Of a stretch of 64,000 nt of DNA, positions 40,777 to 54,890 are shown one piece after another. The notes under the pieces are model-generated. The model saw nothing but the letters and a program-made list of their open reading frames with translations. It was not told the origin of the DNA and made no database searches. Position numbers and translations under genes: made by a program. Numbering within the stretch: position 1 is the stretch's first letter; every line of letters starts with the position of its first letter. Source of the stretch: the human T2T-CHM13v2.0 reference genome, Homo sapiens; NCBI RefSeq assembly GCF_009914755.1, contig NC_060932.1; one strand, given 5' to 3'.

Positions 40777-41049
40777 TTGCCATCGCATGCTCTCTCTGAA
40801 ACCATGTCCTGATATTTTCCTTCTTCCTGCCTCCCCTTACCTCTCTCCTCTACCATTTCGAATCCTGCTCCTCCATAAAGATCCAGTGCCATCTTCCCCA
40901 GGAAGCCTCTTCTGCCCTCCCCAAGCCCAGAAGAGCTCTTTTCTTAGGAACTCTCACTGCACCTTATATGTGTATGTTCCTCCAACGCCCCCAGGTGCTA
41001 GTATTTTTCCAGCATCACACTGCAGCACACACAGGGGCAGGATAACCTA

Positions 41050-41265
41050 GGAGGCAGAGTGTAGTTAGCTTCACACTGGCTGGATTTTGGTCCTGGCTGT
41101 GCCATTTAATGGCTTTGCACCCTTGGGCAATTTGCTTACCCTTGCTGGACCTGTCTTTTCATCTGTACGATGGGAAGGATGATACTAATGCTACCCAGCT
41201 GCTAGATTGTTACAAGGACTCAGTGAATGACTCTCTATAAAGCAGTCAGACTAGCACCTGGCAGG
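41050..41265 (+). mobile_element. MIR
   Basis: ccttgggcaatttgcttaccct...tttcatctgtacgatgggaaggatgatac. Confidence 0.75.
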
Positions 41266-44200
41266 TCAAAACTGTCATCATGTTCCCTGTTCTCCCAGCC
41301 ACATCCTCAGCACCCTGAGGGTTAGGACTCTCTTTTCTGTTGGCTCTAGAGATCCTTGTATACAATGCATGCTCAATATGTGTTTGTTGAATAAGCTACT
41401 GCTGTATAGCTGGGAAGACACCTTGAGGAAGCCTGGTTATGTGAGCTCTTCTAGACCATCCCCGGTGAACCCGACAGTTGCTTCAAGGCCTGCTCCTTGC
41501 CCCTCAGGGAGGTGTGCCCATCCATTTCTGCCTGGCAGCCCCAGTGCCTTGGGGAGGAAGGATAGCCTTTGTGATGTTTATTTTAGAAGCTGTTTTATGT
41601 GCACCTGGGCCATGACCTCCAGCCCACAGAATAGCAAATACACCTTTTTAAAATGAGCAAGCTATCAACAAAAACAATATTCATGACATTCAATTGGGAA
41701 GGCAGGAGGTAAATGATGAAATTAAAGGTATTGCTGGTGGGTGACAAAGAGCAGAGAAAGCCGTGAAGCAGTGTGCGTGGGCTTGGGGGCTCACGGAGAC
41801 AGGGGAGTCGCTGCAGCTCTTGAGCCAGTACCCGCTGTTAGGGGATCAGGAACGGAGGCAAACCACAGAGCAGGCTGGAGATGCAAGGGGAGGGGAAAGA
41901 AGGGAAGTTGGAACAGAGAGGAAGGCGAGACAAGAAAAGAAGGGAAATCGGCACTCAATCCCAGGCAGAGATTGTTGCTGCAAATTCAAGATCCCTCATT
42001 TGCCCTGCAATTAGATCTTGGTTAAGATATAGTTGAGATATCACTAGAATTTGAAAAAGGAGGGGCTAGAGAAACAACAAACCTAGGTTCCCATAAAATT
42101 GATGATGAAGATTAAATTCATAGTGATATTTAAAACATCCAGAACACAATCAATGTTATTTACACATTCTCCACTTCGTCATCATTATTGGACTTATAAT
42201 GGTGACATCTGTTCAGCAAAAGTGTGGAGCCCCTATGTTGTGCTAGAGACCACGTATCTAGGACACACATGTGAATAAGAGGAAGTCCCCACCCTGAGGA
42301 AGGAGGAAAGCAGCTATGGAGAAATGTGAATCACCAGGCAGGTGAGGGAGGAGGCCAGAGCCAAAGCAGGGAGCCCCTAAAGCTGCAGAGGTCGGAACTC
42401 TGGGGCTGGTCTTTGTAGAATCAGCCTGTTTCCTCTTCTGTGCACCCAGATCTGGGCTGACAGAGTCTTGAGGCTGGTCCAGCTGGGTCATTCTGTGCCA
42501 GCCAGACCCGCAGAGGCTGGGCAGGGCCAAGATGCTGCAATCCCTCATCCATCGTGGCTCCTCACTCACAGCCAGCCTGAGCTGCCCTAGACCTTGGATG
42601 AGGCTTCCTCTTATGAAGGTCACTCTGGAAATTCTGCTTTCAAATTGTTTCCCTGGTTCAATCAACTTTCACATTCATAATACAACAGAGATCTACAGGG
42701 CCACTGAGCTGAAAGCGGCTGTGGCTTTTCATTTCCTGGCATGATTAGGGGGATAATCAGTGTGCTTGGAAAAATAATAAAGCTGAAGTCTGAAGTGGGA
42801 TCAAAGCAAAGAGTCTGGCCACACACACAGGCCTGGAGACACAGTGACACACAGGCTAAAGCCTTCCCCAAAGGGCAGGAGAAGCGGAGAGGCCCTCTCA
42901 TGCAGGCTGTGGAGAGGGCTGCAAATCAAACCTGCAGTTGCTGGCTCAGCACCCGCACCAATGGCACCAGCTGGAAAATGTCTTCCACCTGCCCATCAGA
43001 TTGGGAAAGCAGAGAGTTGAGTACAACAGCTAGAAGGAGAATCGCAGCCTCATCTCCCCACCAGGGAAGAGAGAGCAGGCATGAGGGGGCACTGACTGCC
43101 ATCTGCTCAGCAGAAACTGCCCCCCCCAGCCACCAAGAAACAAGGAGAAGCTGCCCAGCTGGAGGAGCTGGGGACAGGTACAGCTATAAGTGCTGGGGTG
43201 TGGGGCTCAGCTTGGCCACACCACACAGTTCCTAGACAAGAGACCTGGAGGTGTAAATGAGAGAACGCAGGAACCTATCCAAGGTGCAAGCTGTGACCTT
43301 ACAAACCAAGAGCCCATGCATCTCTGTTTCCCCATTTGCCTGGTGGAGGGAGAAATTCCAGCCCTGCCTCCCCCATGTGACACGGAGAAGTAAGAAGCCA
43401 GACACCAATGTAAACTCTTCATCCTGAGGGGCTACAGGACATGAAACAGACTCCAGCTGGGCTGGCCAGATAGGGCTGCTCCCACAGGAACCAGGAGGGA
43501 GAACCAGGAGGGCAGAGGATCATGGATCAAAGAGAATGCTCACCGGGCCCCTGAGGTGGTGCCCTGGGTCTTAGAGATGCAGGTGGCAGCAGGAGGCCTG
43601 GCAGGGAGGGCAGATTCCCATGCAAGCCCTAAGGAAGGACATAAGGAGTGCTCGGCAGGACAGGCTGGCTGGAGAGTCAGGGCTGCACATCTAGCTCCTG
43701 CTTTGACCTTGACCCCTGCCTCTCCCAGCCAGTCACTGCATCGGAAGAGCCAGTGCAGTGCCAGCCATGTTCTCCTCCCCAGGCCAGGCCTGGAATCCCT
43801 CATTTGTGAAATGAAGGGGATATCTGAGCCCTGCCCCATCCAGAGTGTTCACTGCAAGGCTCATTGAGAGAAGTGGGGTTTTTGGATAAGGCCCCCATGG
43901 AGGGTTGGAGAGGGACATATAAATCTCCTCTTCCATTATCAGGAGAGAAATCTGAGGGTCAGAGAACATCTCCACACATGGTACATTCATCCCCAGGGTT
44001 AACACAAGAACATTTTGTGGTGAAATCCAGGTCAGGATAAAAGGAGAACTTGCCTTTAGCAAAACAAGGTCAAGGTTATTATTTCTCAAGGAATAGGGAC
44101 GCAGTCACTGTTTTTTTTCCCCTAGACTAGAGGGAGAATTCCTCACATAGCCTAGACTGGGTAGTCTATCAGGAAAACTTATTTGCAAGGAAGCAAGTTA

Positions 44201-44564
44201 CATTTGCCTTCGGGACGCTCGGGAGGAATACCAGCAGAGGCTCTGTGGGTAGAGACATGGGTCTTAACTTGAAGCTGCAGAAGTTTTTCTTTTGCTCTGT
44301 GCCTCCCCCTTCCCTTTCTCAAGTAAGCAAAGGCTGAGCAGAGGAAGACTCCACTGGCTTTGGCTGGAGCCTGGGGGAGCAGCTCAAGCAAAGCACAGGG
44401 TAGAGCAGGGCTCGGACCTGTTCAGACGGTGGTCAGTGAAGGCCGGGATGTCCAGGAGCAGAAGACCAAGGCCTGGCTGGGGAGGATGTAGGGCACATTT
44501 GAGGGATGTCAGAGCTTAAAATGAGGTGGCTGGGAAAAAGAAGAACCTGCTGGAACAAAGAAAA

Positions 44565-44845
44565 CAGTAACCCCAGTATTTTGGGAGGCTGAAGCAGGAG
44601 GATCACTTGAGCCTAGGAGTTCAAGACCAACCTGGGCAACATAGTAAGACCCTCATCTCTTAAAAAAAAAAAATTAGCCAGGCATGGCGGCACTTGCCTG
44701 TGGTCCCAGCTACTCAGGAGGCTAAGATGGGAGGATCAGTTGAGCTGAGGAGTTCAAGGCTGCAGGGACCTATGATCATACCACTGCACTCTAGCCTGGG
44801 TGACAGAGCGAGACTCTTGTCTACAAAAATAAAGGAAACAAAACA
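44565..44845 (+). mobile_element. AluJ, 5'-truncated
   Basis: gaggatcacttgagcctaggagttcaagaccaacctgggcaacatag...caaggctgcagggacctatgatc. Confidence 0.95.
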
Positions 44846-45084
44846 AAATCCCACCCTTGCATGAAACAATGGAGCAAGTCAGCCCTTAAACACTTCTATG
44901 CAAAATAAAGGCTCAGGTTCCTACAGGAGACCGGGGTGCACACACCCTGCATAGGGAAGTCAGAAGCAGCAGAGTTTGGGGAGAGGTAGCTCCTTCCACT
45001 GTCATCTGATGCACACAGGCCTAGCCCCTTGCTGGCCCCCAACCAGAAATTGTTCCTACAGACAGTTTTGCAGTGAGGAGGACC

Positions 45085-45240
45085 TGGGCCTCAAAGGGCC
45101 TCCTCTGAATTTAAGTTTCCTCATTCATAAAATGTGAGTGATAAATAATACATCTCTATGTACACCAAGTGTAGGGTGAATGTGATAAACACAGGGAGGT
45201 ACTTCATAAACACAAAGCTACTCACAAATAATTGGAACTA
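45085..45240 (+). mobile_element. MIR
   Basis: cctctgaatttaagtttcctcattcataaaatgtgagtgataa. Confidence 0.7.
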
Positions 45241-45266
45241 TCACAACACTTTTCTTCTAAAAGTAG

Positions 45267-45588
<322 letters not shown>

Positions 45589-45811
45589 TTGACTGTTTAT
45601 ATACCTTGCCTGGGTTTTGCAAAGAGAAAGAAGACTGGGAAGTCCTGTTCTCAAGACGTGTTCATGTTCCCATCTCCTCTTCTCACTTAATATGCTCTCC
45701 CACATTCACCTTAGAGGTTCCAGATGCTCTCCATGTGTTCTAATTCCCAAATCATCCCAGGATCTGGACAGCCTAGTGGATGTTCTCTACTTGGGTCTAT
45801 CTTAAGGCCTA

Positions 45812-46180
45812 GATGAGTCTACTAAGGCTGCCATAACAAAGTACCATGGACTGGGGGCTTCAACAACATCTATTTATTTTCTCACAATTCTGGAGGCTGG
45901 GAGTTCAGATTAGGGTGTTGGCAAGGTTGTTGTTATCTGAGCCCTCCTCCTTTGGGGTGTAGATGTGTATTCCATGGTCATCCCTCTGTGCATGTCCCTG
46001 TCCTGCTCTCCTCTTCTTGTAAAGACACCAGTCCTATTGCATAGGGCCCAGCACAGTAGCCGTATTTTAACTTAGTCATCCTTTAAAGACCCTGTCCTCA
46101 AACACAGTCACATTCCAAGGTACTGGAGGTTAAGACTCTGACATAGAAACATGAGGGGGGACAAAATTCAGCTTAAAGCA
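45812..46180 (-). mobile_element. MLT1A/B-type solo LTR
   Basis: ggctgccataacaaagtaccat...ctcacaattctggaggctggg...acagtcacattccaaggtactggaggttaagac. Confidence 0.88.
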
Positions 46181-46275
46181 AAACGCATCTCTGCTGTCAG
46201 CAACTCTAGGGAGGCTCTCCTGAGCCTCCTGTATCAGGCCAGGAGAGGCGGCCTTCTTGATGCTGCTTTTACATC

Positions 46276-47018
<743 letters not shown>

Positions 47019-47049
47019 GCATCCCCTCGAAGCACCTCTCACTGCTGAG

Positions 47050-47192
47050 CTATTTCCTGAGTGTGTGTCTCCTGCCAGACTATGACCATCTGAGGGCAGG
47101 ACCCTGACTCTTCCCTTCTGGGGCTCCAGCACCTCCCATGGTACCTGAGCGACAGACAGCATTCAAGACGTTTCCAGGGGTAAATGAGTGAT
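47050..47192 (+). mobile_element. L2 3' end
   Basis: tgtctcctgccagactatgaccatctgagggcagg. Confidence 0.65.
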
Positions 47193-48019
47193 TAAAGATC
47201 CACCATGCCCATCTTGCTCAAAGAAGGAAGCTATCCCACAGCATTTAAAGAATGCCCATTCCAACACACACTGTGTTAGAGCCATGTAAAGGCCAGGTTT
47301 GATTTCTTGCTCCCTTTTATTGTGTGATCAATAACTTTTTTAAATCCTTAAAAATAAGCTGCAGGGCAAGACTAGAAAACATTAAAGTGAAGAGAACAAC
47401 GTCGAAGGAGCCTGCAAGAAGCACGATTAATATGACATTGGCATTACAAGGATATCAATATTAATAGCAATATTAGTGCCAAAAAAAGCATCAGCTTCAA
47501 TATTTTGCAATTCCTTACAAACATCTTTAATGAGTGATGACAGATGGACAATTCCTGGGCGGAACTGAAATGGACTATCATGAAGGCTGATGGGAGATGG
47601 GAACCCAGATGAGTGCTCCTCCTTGAGAGAACCGGCCTTCACGCTGTCTCCCTATGTCTTCAGCAGACTGCAGGGTCATTTCAGAAGCTCAGGCAGTACC
47701 CTGGATGCCCCCAGGGATTTTCCTCAGAGATTGAAGAAAAAAAAAAACTATCATTCTATGAACTATCAATGTCACTTGTGAACAAGGTGCTGATTGCAGG
47801 CTGAGGATGTGAATGTGGGCGTCCCACTTTAAGCAGGAAATGTACTCCTGCAACACACGATGTGGAACGTGGCCTATTTGAAATTGCATCTTATTGCACA
47901 TACACCAGGGGGCTCACCCTTTCAAGAGATTCTTTAGCAAAATAATTTATATAGCCAAGAATTCTTTTGTGAAATGAATACAGGTGTGCTCTCCCTTAAG
48001 CAAGTCTAATTTACAAATT

Positions 48020-48450
48020 CAATTTAATTCAACAAACGTTTATTGATTACTTTTTCTGTATTCAGGGCATTGTGCCAGTGCAGGTGATAACAAAGATGCT
48101 TAAGACATGATCCCTGCCCTTCAGAAACTCATACTCTAACAGAGGGAGACAGACAAGTGAACAAATACCTCTACAAATGCGGTGAGTGCTATGGTGAAGG
48201 CACACTTAAAATTATCTGGGTATCAAGATAAACCAATTTACTAATAATGGAATAGTCAAGTAAAGCTGCAGGGAAAGCAGGGGACAGTTAAAGGAAGGGG
48301 ACAATTGGAACGGACCTTGACGTTTAAGTAAGAGTTCACCAAGCTGGAATGTGGCCACATCCCACATGATAAGGAACCAGTGTGCCTATGCATAGAACAC
48401 CCAGGGGTGGTGAGGGAAGGATCACAAAGGTGAAATAGAGGAGAAAGTTG
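48020..48450 (-). mobile_element. L2 3' end
   Basis: attcaacaaacgtttattga...agacatgatccctgcccttcagaaactc. Confidence 0.75.
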
Positions 48451-49589
48451 TGGATAGACAGCACACTCTATTGGAGGATCAGATTCAGCCAGACTCAAAC
48501 CTTTATTCTTCACCCACTCAGCTGATGTACCTAAGAAGTCCTCACAGGATTCCTATAGCTAAACAGCTCTCCTGCTGCACTTACGATATGACTCAATTTA
48601 CAAGATGTTGATTTATGTCCATAAACAAACTCATTAATTTTGTGTAAAGAGGTCCATTTGTAAGAAAAGAATTGCCACGTCTGGGTGTTCTCAGAGAACG
48701 CAGTAAAAGAAGACACTGCCGGAGCTCAGTGCTTGGCTGCACATGGCACACAGGCGGCCCCAGGAAAGTGAGGCTCAGAAATGGAGAAAGCCCATTTGAA
48801 TGGAAACTCTTCTAAATGTGTCAGAACAGAATAAGGAAGGCACAGATCGACTCCCGGGAGGCTCATGGTGTCTGCATTAAGGAGATGGCAACCCACATTT
48901 TCTCTGAATGCTCTTCTCGCCTACATGGAAATTGACCTCCTGGTAGGTTTCAGACCTCAGGGTTCACAGATTTCCCACCTGTTCTGCGACCCTTTTCTGT
49001 CCACCGGCTGCTCTCTCCAATTTTCATTATTTTTAGAATTATACTGACAGCCAGATGGAACAAAGTCATCTTTATCACTATTATCATGAACATCATCATC
49101 ACTTTCCAGGATTGTAGTTTGAAAACTACACGCTTGCTTATTTGATCCTGGAAAGGATCCTGAGAGAGACGTAGGCTATGACCTCCAGGTTCTAAGAGAG
49201 GCATCTGCGGCTCAGAGAGGATGCTTAACTTGTCTGGGGTCTCACGGCAAATTATTTGCAGAGATAAACCTAAAGCCAGGTCTGGCAACCATCACGAGCT
49301 ATCTCCTCTTGCTGCACTCTTTCCAATGAGGGTTGAGTCAGCCTCATAGGATGTCAAAGCAGCCAGCCGGCTATGGGGTGTGGATTGAGAGACCTTGGTA
49401 AGATCTCCTGCCTCCCAATATTTCCCTGTCTAACCAGTCTCAAGGCATAGAGTTGCACCATTTGGTATTATGTGTGTGTTTGGGGGGAGGGATAAAGATA
49501 AATAGCTTCAACTTATAGACTTTTTAACTTTTCAAAAGTCCTTCTGCATGTTATACCACAAAACTCACCTCATGGTAGGGCAAAGGCTA

Positions 49590-50140
49590 TCTATATCTGA
49601 GATGCTTTTCACTGCCAAGTGCAAGAGACAGGCAGAAGTGCTCAATGCTATCTGAAACATAGAAGTCTCTATGTAGAGATGGAGTAGCTCCAGGCTGTCA
49701 ATAAAGTCATGCAAAGAGGTCATTCAGACCTCAAGTTCTTCCCAACTTTCTGCTCTGCAACCTGGCAAGGTGACAGCTCCCCTCTAGGACACACAATGGC
49801 TGCAGTGCATGGCTCCAGGCATCTCTTCCTTACATAGCTGAATCAGAAGGAAAACAAAATATATCCCCATTTTATGAGACCAATGAAGATGGTTTCGGAC
49901 ACCCCCCACCCAGTAAACTTCGTTTACTTAACATGAACTACAGCAGGGCCACTAACTCATGCCTGATCAGTCCCAGCCAAAGAAATGGGATTATACTGAC
50001 TGGCTTCATCTGGTCAGCTTTCTTCCTCTGAAAAAGGCAGAGCTCCATGAAGCCCTCATTTCTTGAATGAGATCTAGGTTCCATTAGTGGGAGGAAGGTG
50101 GAATGGCACCTGAATAGGTGACTAACATCTTCTGCCACTT
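49590..50140 (-). mobile_element. Old MLT1J/K-type LTR
   Basis: gatgcttttcactgccaagt...aatggctgcagtgcatggctccaggcatc...gaataggtgactaacatcttctgccac. Confidence 0.65.
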
Positions 50141-50899
50141 ATCCCCAGGTTTAGATTCTTCTAAAGGCCCCATTGAGGAGCTGACACCACACCCCCACCC
50201 CCTGTAGCAGTTAAGCTATTATCAGCTTTATAGGAGCATAATTGTTAAGTGTTGTAACACTATCAGCTAGTAAGGCCTATGCTCCTTTATCAGCTGTTAT
50301 TAATCCTAGTAGGTATTTGGTTTAAAAAAAAAAAAAAGTCTTGTTGTAATTAATCCCACCAAGTTCTGATTATGTTTCTAAAAGACCACAAAAAAAATAA
50401 AGCGCCAAGAACTGGACGCTAAGCTAGGCCGGGGATCCAGAGAATAGGAACCCATTCCAAAAAGCGGCTGGGAGGATGTACAGATGCCAGGACATGGCAA
50501 ACATGGCAGGAGGAAGGGGCCACAGAAATGTCACTTCACCCAGCATGTCGGCCTAGGACTGACCGACCCCAGGGTACCCCAGGCGGGGCTGTGAAGTTGA
50601 GAAACTGAATCAGGTACACGTAGACTATAGGAAACTCAGCAACTCTCAGGCCAGATGAAGCCAGACATCTGAGGCTGACCCAGTTCTAAAGGCCGTTGTC
50701 AGAACTGCTCTTTTTAATGATAAATACTTGCACCGGCAGCACCAAATTGCATCTCATACTTTGCCCAGTCCTCCCCTTTGCCTAGTCCTCCCCTTTGCCT
50801 GTCTGCTTTTCTGATATTGCAATGGTGATGGTTGGTTTGAGTCAGGGCCAGCAGCAGAAGAGAGAAATATTATAGGTATAGGTGCCCCGAGTCTCCTGG

Positions 50900-52330
50900 G
50901 TAGTGTTTCCTAATTCCCAACAGACAGTAATCTGCACAATTTAAAAACAAGACATCAGAATTAATGGTAATTCTTGGGAGTCCCCTCCATTCATTAGTTA
51001 TTCCCTATTTTTCATAACACTTCATCTCCGTGTTTTTAAATAATAATGAGTTAATATAATAAACAGTGAATCATTTTCAGGTTATCACAAAAGTTTTTAT
51101 TAAAAACATCATAAATGTTTTTTATCATCATAAATGGTTTATTGTTATTATAAAAATATTTTATGACAAGCTCATATACTGCAATAAGTATATACTTCAA
51201 GATTATATAATTCAATATAATTCAAGAGTATAAACTTCAATATGTAAAAATGATCTCTCCCCGATAGAGACGTTTGATGATCAAAAACATTAAAAGAAGG
51301 GAAGGGAATATTAGCAGAAAACGAATGCCAAATAAAAGTTACTTAAAATTTAAAAATAACAGCACAATATTTAATATTTAAATGCTCATTTAAATTCTCA
51401 AAATGAAACATTAAAACACACAATGCATTAATTGCCCTACCCAAAAGTTTCGATCTTTTTGTACGTGTGACAAATATTCTGGACAGAAAATTTCTTTCAT
51501 TTTGCACTGACGTTTTTCAAGCTGATAAGATTGTGTCAAAAAGCGACTTCAAGCTGGCATTAAGGTCCATGATGCTTTACATAAGCTCATTTCCTTTTTT
51601 AATGGCTAAAGCATTTTGTCTGCTTGATCTGACTTTGGTTTTGTCTTCGAATTCATTACTGCTTCTGCTAATTTAGATTTTTAAATCAGTTTCTGCTTTA
51701 ATGGTGTAGTATTCCCACAACATCCAAATCTTCTCTTTGCATTTCTGTTAAAGCATTTGCAAATAACTGTAATGTAACTTACAGCAAATATTCAAGCCAT
51801 AAACATTTTGGGGTAGTAACGAAATAATTTTTGGATCTCCTAGCAAGCACTCCTAACAGCACCACACAGACTCACATGCTGAAATTGCCAATTTAATGAC
51901 TTATTTCACTTCCAAAATGTATTATTTCCTGAAACACCACCCACAGAATCTGTATAAAGTTATCCATGTGTATCATCTTACTAATATTTATTTTATCTGC
52001 AATAAGCACTCACCACTAGCAGCAGACAGGGCAATGAACTCACTCTTCTCACATGTCAAAGACTCCAAGCACCTGGCTAGAATGACCGCTACTCTCCCAC
52101 CTGCTCCTGTCCAAGTCCTGGAAACTAAGACCTTGAGCTTTAACTCCTGCGGTCAGGAGTTTCTACTTTATCTCAGCAGATTCTTTCAAAGTAGTAACAT
52201 CTTTATGTTGACTGTTAAGCTTCGGTCATTCTTGAAGGAGACCTATATTGCTTTTCACCATTTACCCAGTTTCTCAACTGATTTTTCTCAAGATTTGGGA
52301 AAACACATGCATTTCCTGAGAAATTCTGGA
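50900..52330 (-). mobile_element. Ancient hAT-superfamily DNA transposon remnant with transposase C-terminal fossil
   Basis: Minus strand about 51400-51605: LKKEMSL..(frameshift)..LKSLFDTILSA*KTSVQNERNFLSRIFVTRTKRSKLLGRAINALCVLMFHF resembles the hAT dimerization domain; outer boundaries uncertain. Confidence 0.7.
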
Positions 52331-53899
52331 AAAGAAGTCTCGTCTAGAATACTCTAGGGGGCCATCACACAGGTGAGAGGAAAGTCTCACCAGGCACGGC
52401 TAGTCCAAGTCAGACACTGGATGTGGATGTCCTGAGCCCCTCACCCCGCCCCAGGCTGGAGGGCAATAGTACCAGTGCACCCCTTCTCGATGACCTCCTC
52501 TCCTCCCCCTGCCACAATTCCTGCCCCCTGTCCAGCCAATTCACCCGAGGCTCATCCAGAACTGTCTGCCCTTCTCCCCTATTTCCCCAGCTCAAATTTA
52601 CCTTCTTCCTTCTCTCTCCAGTCCCAGCCAACACACAAACACCTCTACTGCCAACATTCTTATTTTCTGAGCAAAATCAGTATCAGCCAGGAGCTTGTCC
52701 TAATCACCACTGTGACAATTAAAGCAATTCAGACTAAAGTATGAATCATACATAAATTTCCACTTACTATCAACATAATGTTGAAAATATCACCTCTTTA
52801 TACTGAGCCTGTTTTTTGATCTATAAAATGGGAGATTCAAATTCCCAACTTATATTTTTGAGAAGACGATATAATATAGGTAAAGCACAGAACTGTTGAG
52901 CGCTCAGAAATTGTGAGTTTCCGTCCTTCTCCAAAATGTATAGTATTTGAATTTTAAAGGAAGAGCTTTTGAGTGCAAGTGGGTCATATATCAGCCACTG
53001 GAATTGCAAGCACCATCCTCAGAGCAGAATCAGCTGTATCTGTAAATCCAAATATGAAGAAGTGTGGGCAAATTCCTCTCTTCTTGTTCCCCAAAAGGTC
53101 TATATTTACTAGCGCTGTGTCAATTCCAGTAACTTCCCACTTGGCATATTTGCAAAGTACGATTTGGATTAAGAGAGTTGGCCCACTAACCCAATACCTA
53201 GCCCACTGCTGCTGCCCCCAGCGGCTGGACTAAAGTAAATGCTCAATAAATGTTTGCCAAATTGAATTTCCTTCTCCCTGGATTAATCGGTGGCAGAAGA
53301 GAGGAGCTGGCTCCCTCTGGGGTGGCTCCACTGCCCACAGCTTCATGACTCATGTCTTCGAAGGCCTTGCAGTGGCCACCCCCTTCCTTTGCCACTGACC
53401 TCCCCTGCTTCTTCAGCATGTTTATGGACATAATTACAGCATGCTATTGATTTCCTGACAGCCGCCTTGATGTAACTATTTTACAGAATGAAGCTAATTT
53501 CATACATTGAGGTTTTTATGGTCTCTGGCAGACTCAGCCCAAGAAGTCCTTCTGTCTCCTCCCTGGGAGCTCCTGCCCCTTCTCAGAATGCAGCCGCTCC
53601 CAGCCCCTCCTCCCCTGAAGCTCTCTGGGCTCCCCTGCCATCCAGAGTTTCTGTCTTCTCTTGCTAGCCCCACCTTCATGGCCACATGAGTCAGCTGTCT
53701 CATAGGGAAACAGGGAGGTCTTCGAGGTCCCAGGAAGGCAGGGCAGTGCATCTGGGGATAAGAGGGAACCCAGGGATTCCTCTCACTTTTAAAACGTAAG
53801 TGTGCCCCACTTCCCTATTACACTCTGCATCTAGTCCTGGGCTCATTCCAAAACCCCTTTTCTATATGTTTCTCCTAATGACAGCTTACAGCAGACCCA

Positions 53900-54140
53900 A
53901 AGAGACAATCTTATTTAATCAACATGCCAATCCTGTGGTTATGTTATTTTGTCCATTTGACAGATGTGGAAAATGAGGCTGAAAAAACAAAGGAGCTTTG
54001 CAATATAAAATATTAACAACTAGCGTATGAACACCCTTCACACAATGGCTTCCCGTGAGTATTCTTCTCCAGTTAGAGATAAGGGGTTGCAGCAGCAAGA
54101 TTTAGACAGCCAGCCTTCTCATGCTAAGCCCTTTCCTCAC
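53900..54140 (-). mobile_element. MIR fragments
   Basis: tccatttgacagatgtggaaaatgaggct. Confidence 0.6.
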
Positions 54141-54446
54141 ACTGCAGCTCCTTGCTGTGGCTGTTCTAGGTCCCAGGCAAGCACTGCTCCTACACACCGC
54201 CTAGCCTTGCTGTGTTACACTTAAACACCCAGACGCATCCCTCCTCTGCCTGCCAGTCCAACTCTGATCTGTCCCTGAAGAGTTTCCTCTAGTCCCATCC
54301 CTACCAGGCAACCTTCCCTTATAACTGCATCCTTCAGGGACCTCTCCTTACTCTTAACACAGTGTATGTGTTGTCTGTTATTAGATAATAAATGTACCAA
54401 AGTGGATATTTAATACAATTGAGCCTTATTCCCCTCATCGCTTAAA

Positions 54447-54890
54447 GTAGTGGACCTGCATTGGTTCAATCTTCACCATTCATTTCCCCAATGCATGTAA
54501 ATTGCTCCATTTCCGAATGTCCCCATCTTCTATTTAGGGAATGAGAGGACACCAGGGAAGTTCCAGAAGTGAGACCCAAAACCAAGGCAAGGCCAATCCA
54601 TACATTCATGTGATGTAAGGTGGTCCAATCAGAGCAAACGTCTAGATGGCTGCAAGGGATGCCAGACAAGAGACTTGCTTTTCCAGTACAGCCAGCACTA
54701 AGGAAGCAAAGTCAGGCACTGCAGAGAGAGACAGAGAAACTGGGTCTGGGTCAAACATTTTGTGCTACAAGATCAAGCCTTGCCTGAAGCTAGCACATTC
54801 CTTTCTCCAGGACTTTTCAGTCACATGAACCAACTCATTTCTCTGTTTAAGCCAACCAGTTTTAGTCAGGATTTCTGCACCCTAAGGGAT
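54447..54890 (+). mobile_element. MLT1K/L-type LTR
   Basis: ggtccaatcagagcaaac...gatcaagccttgcctgaagctag...ggacttttcagtcacatgaaccaa...tttaagcca. Confidence 0.75.

Noticed and set aside
40228-41050. 186-aa and 128-aa ORFs
   Set aside because: They span the (CA)n microsatellite (VCVC/HTHT) and have no domain similarity.
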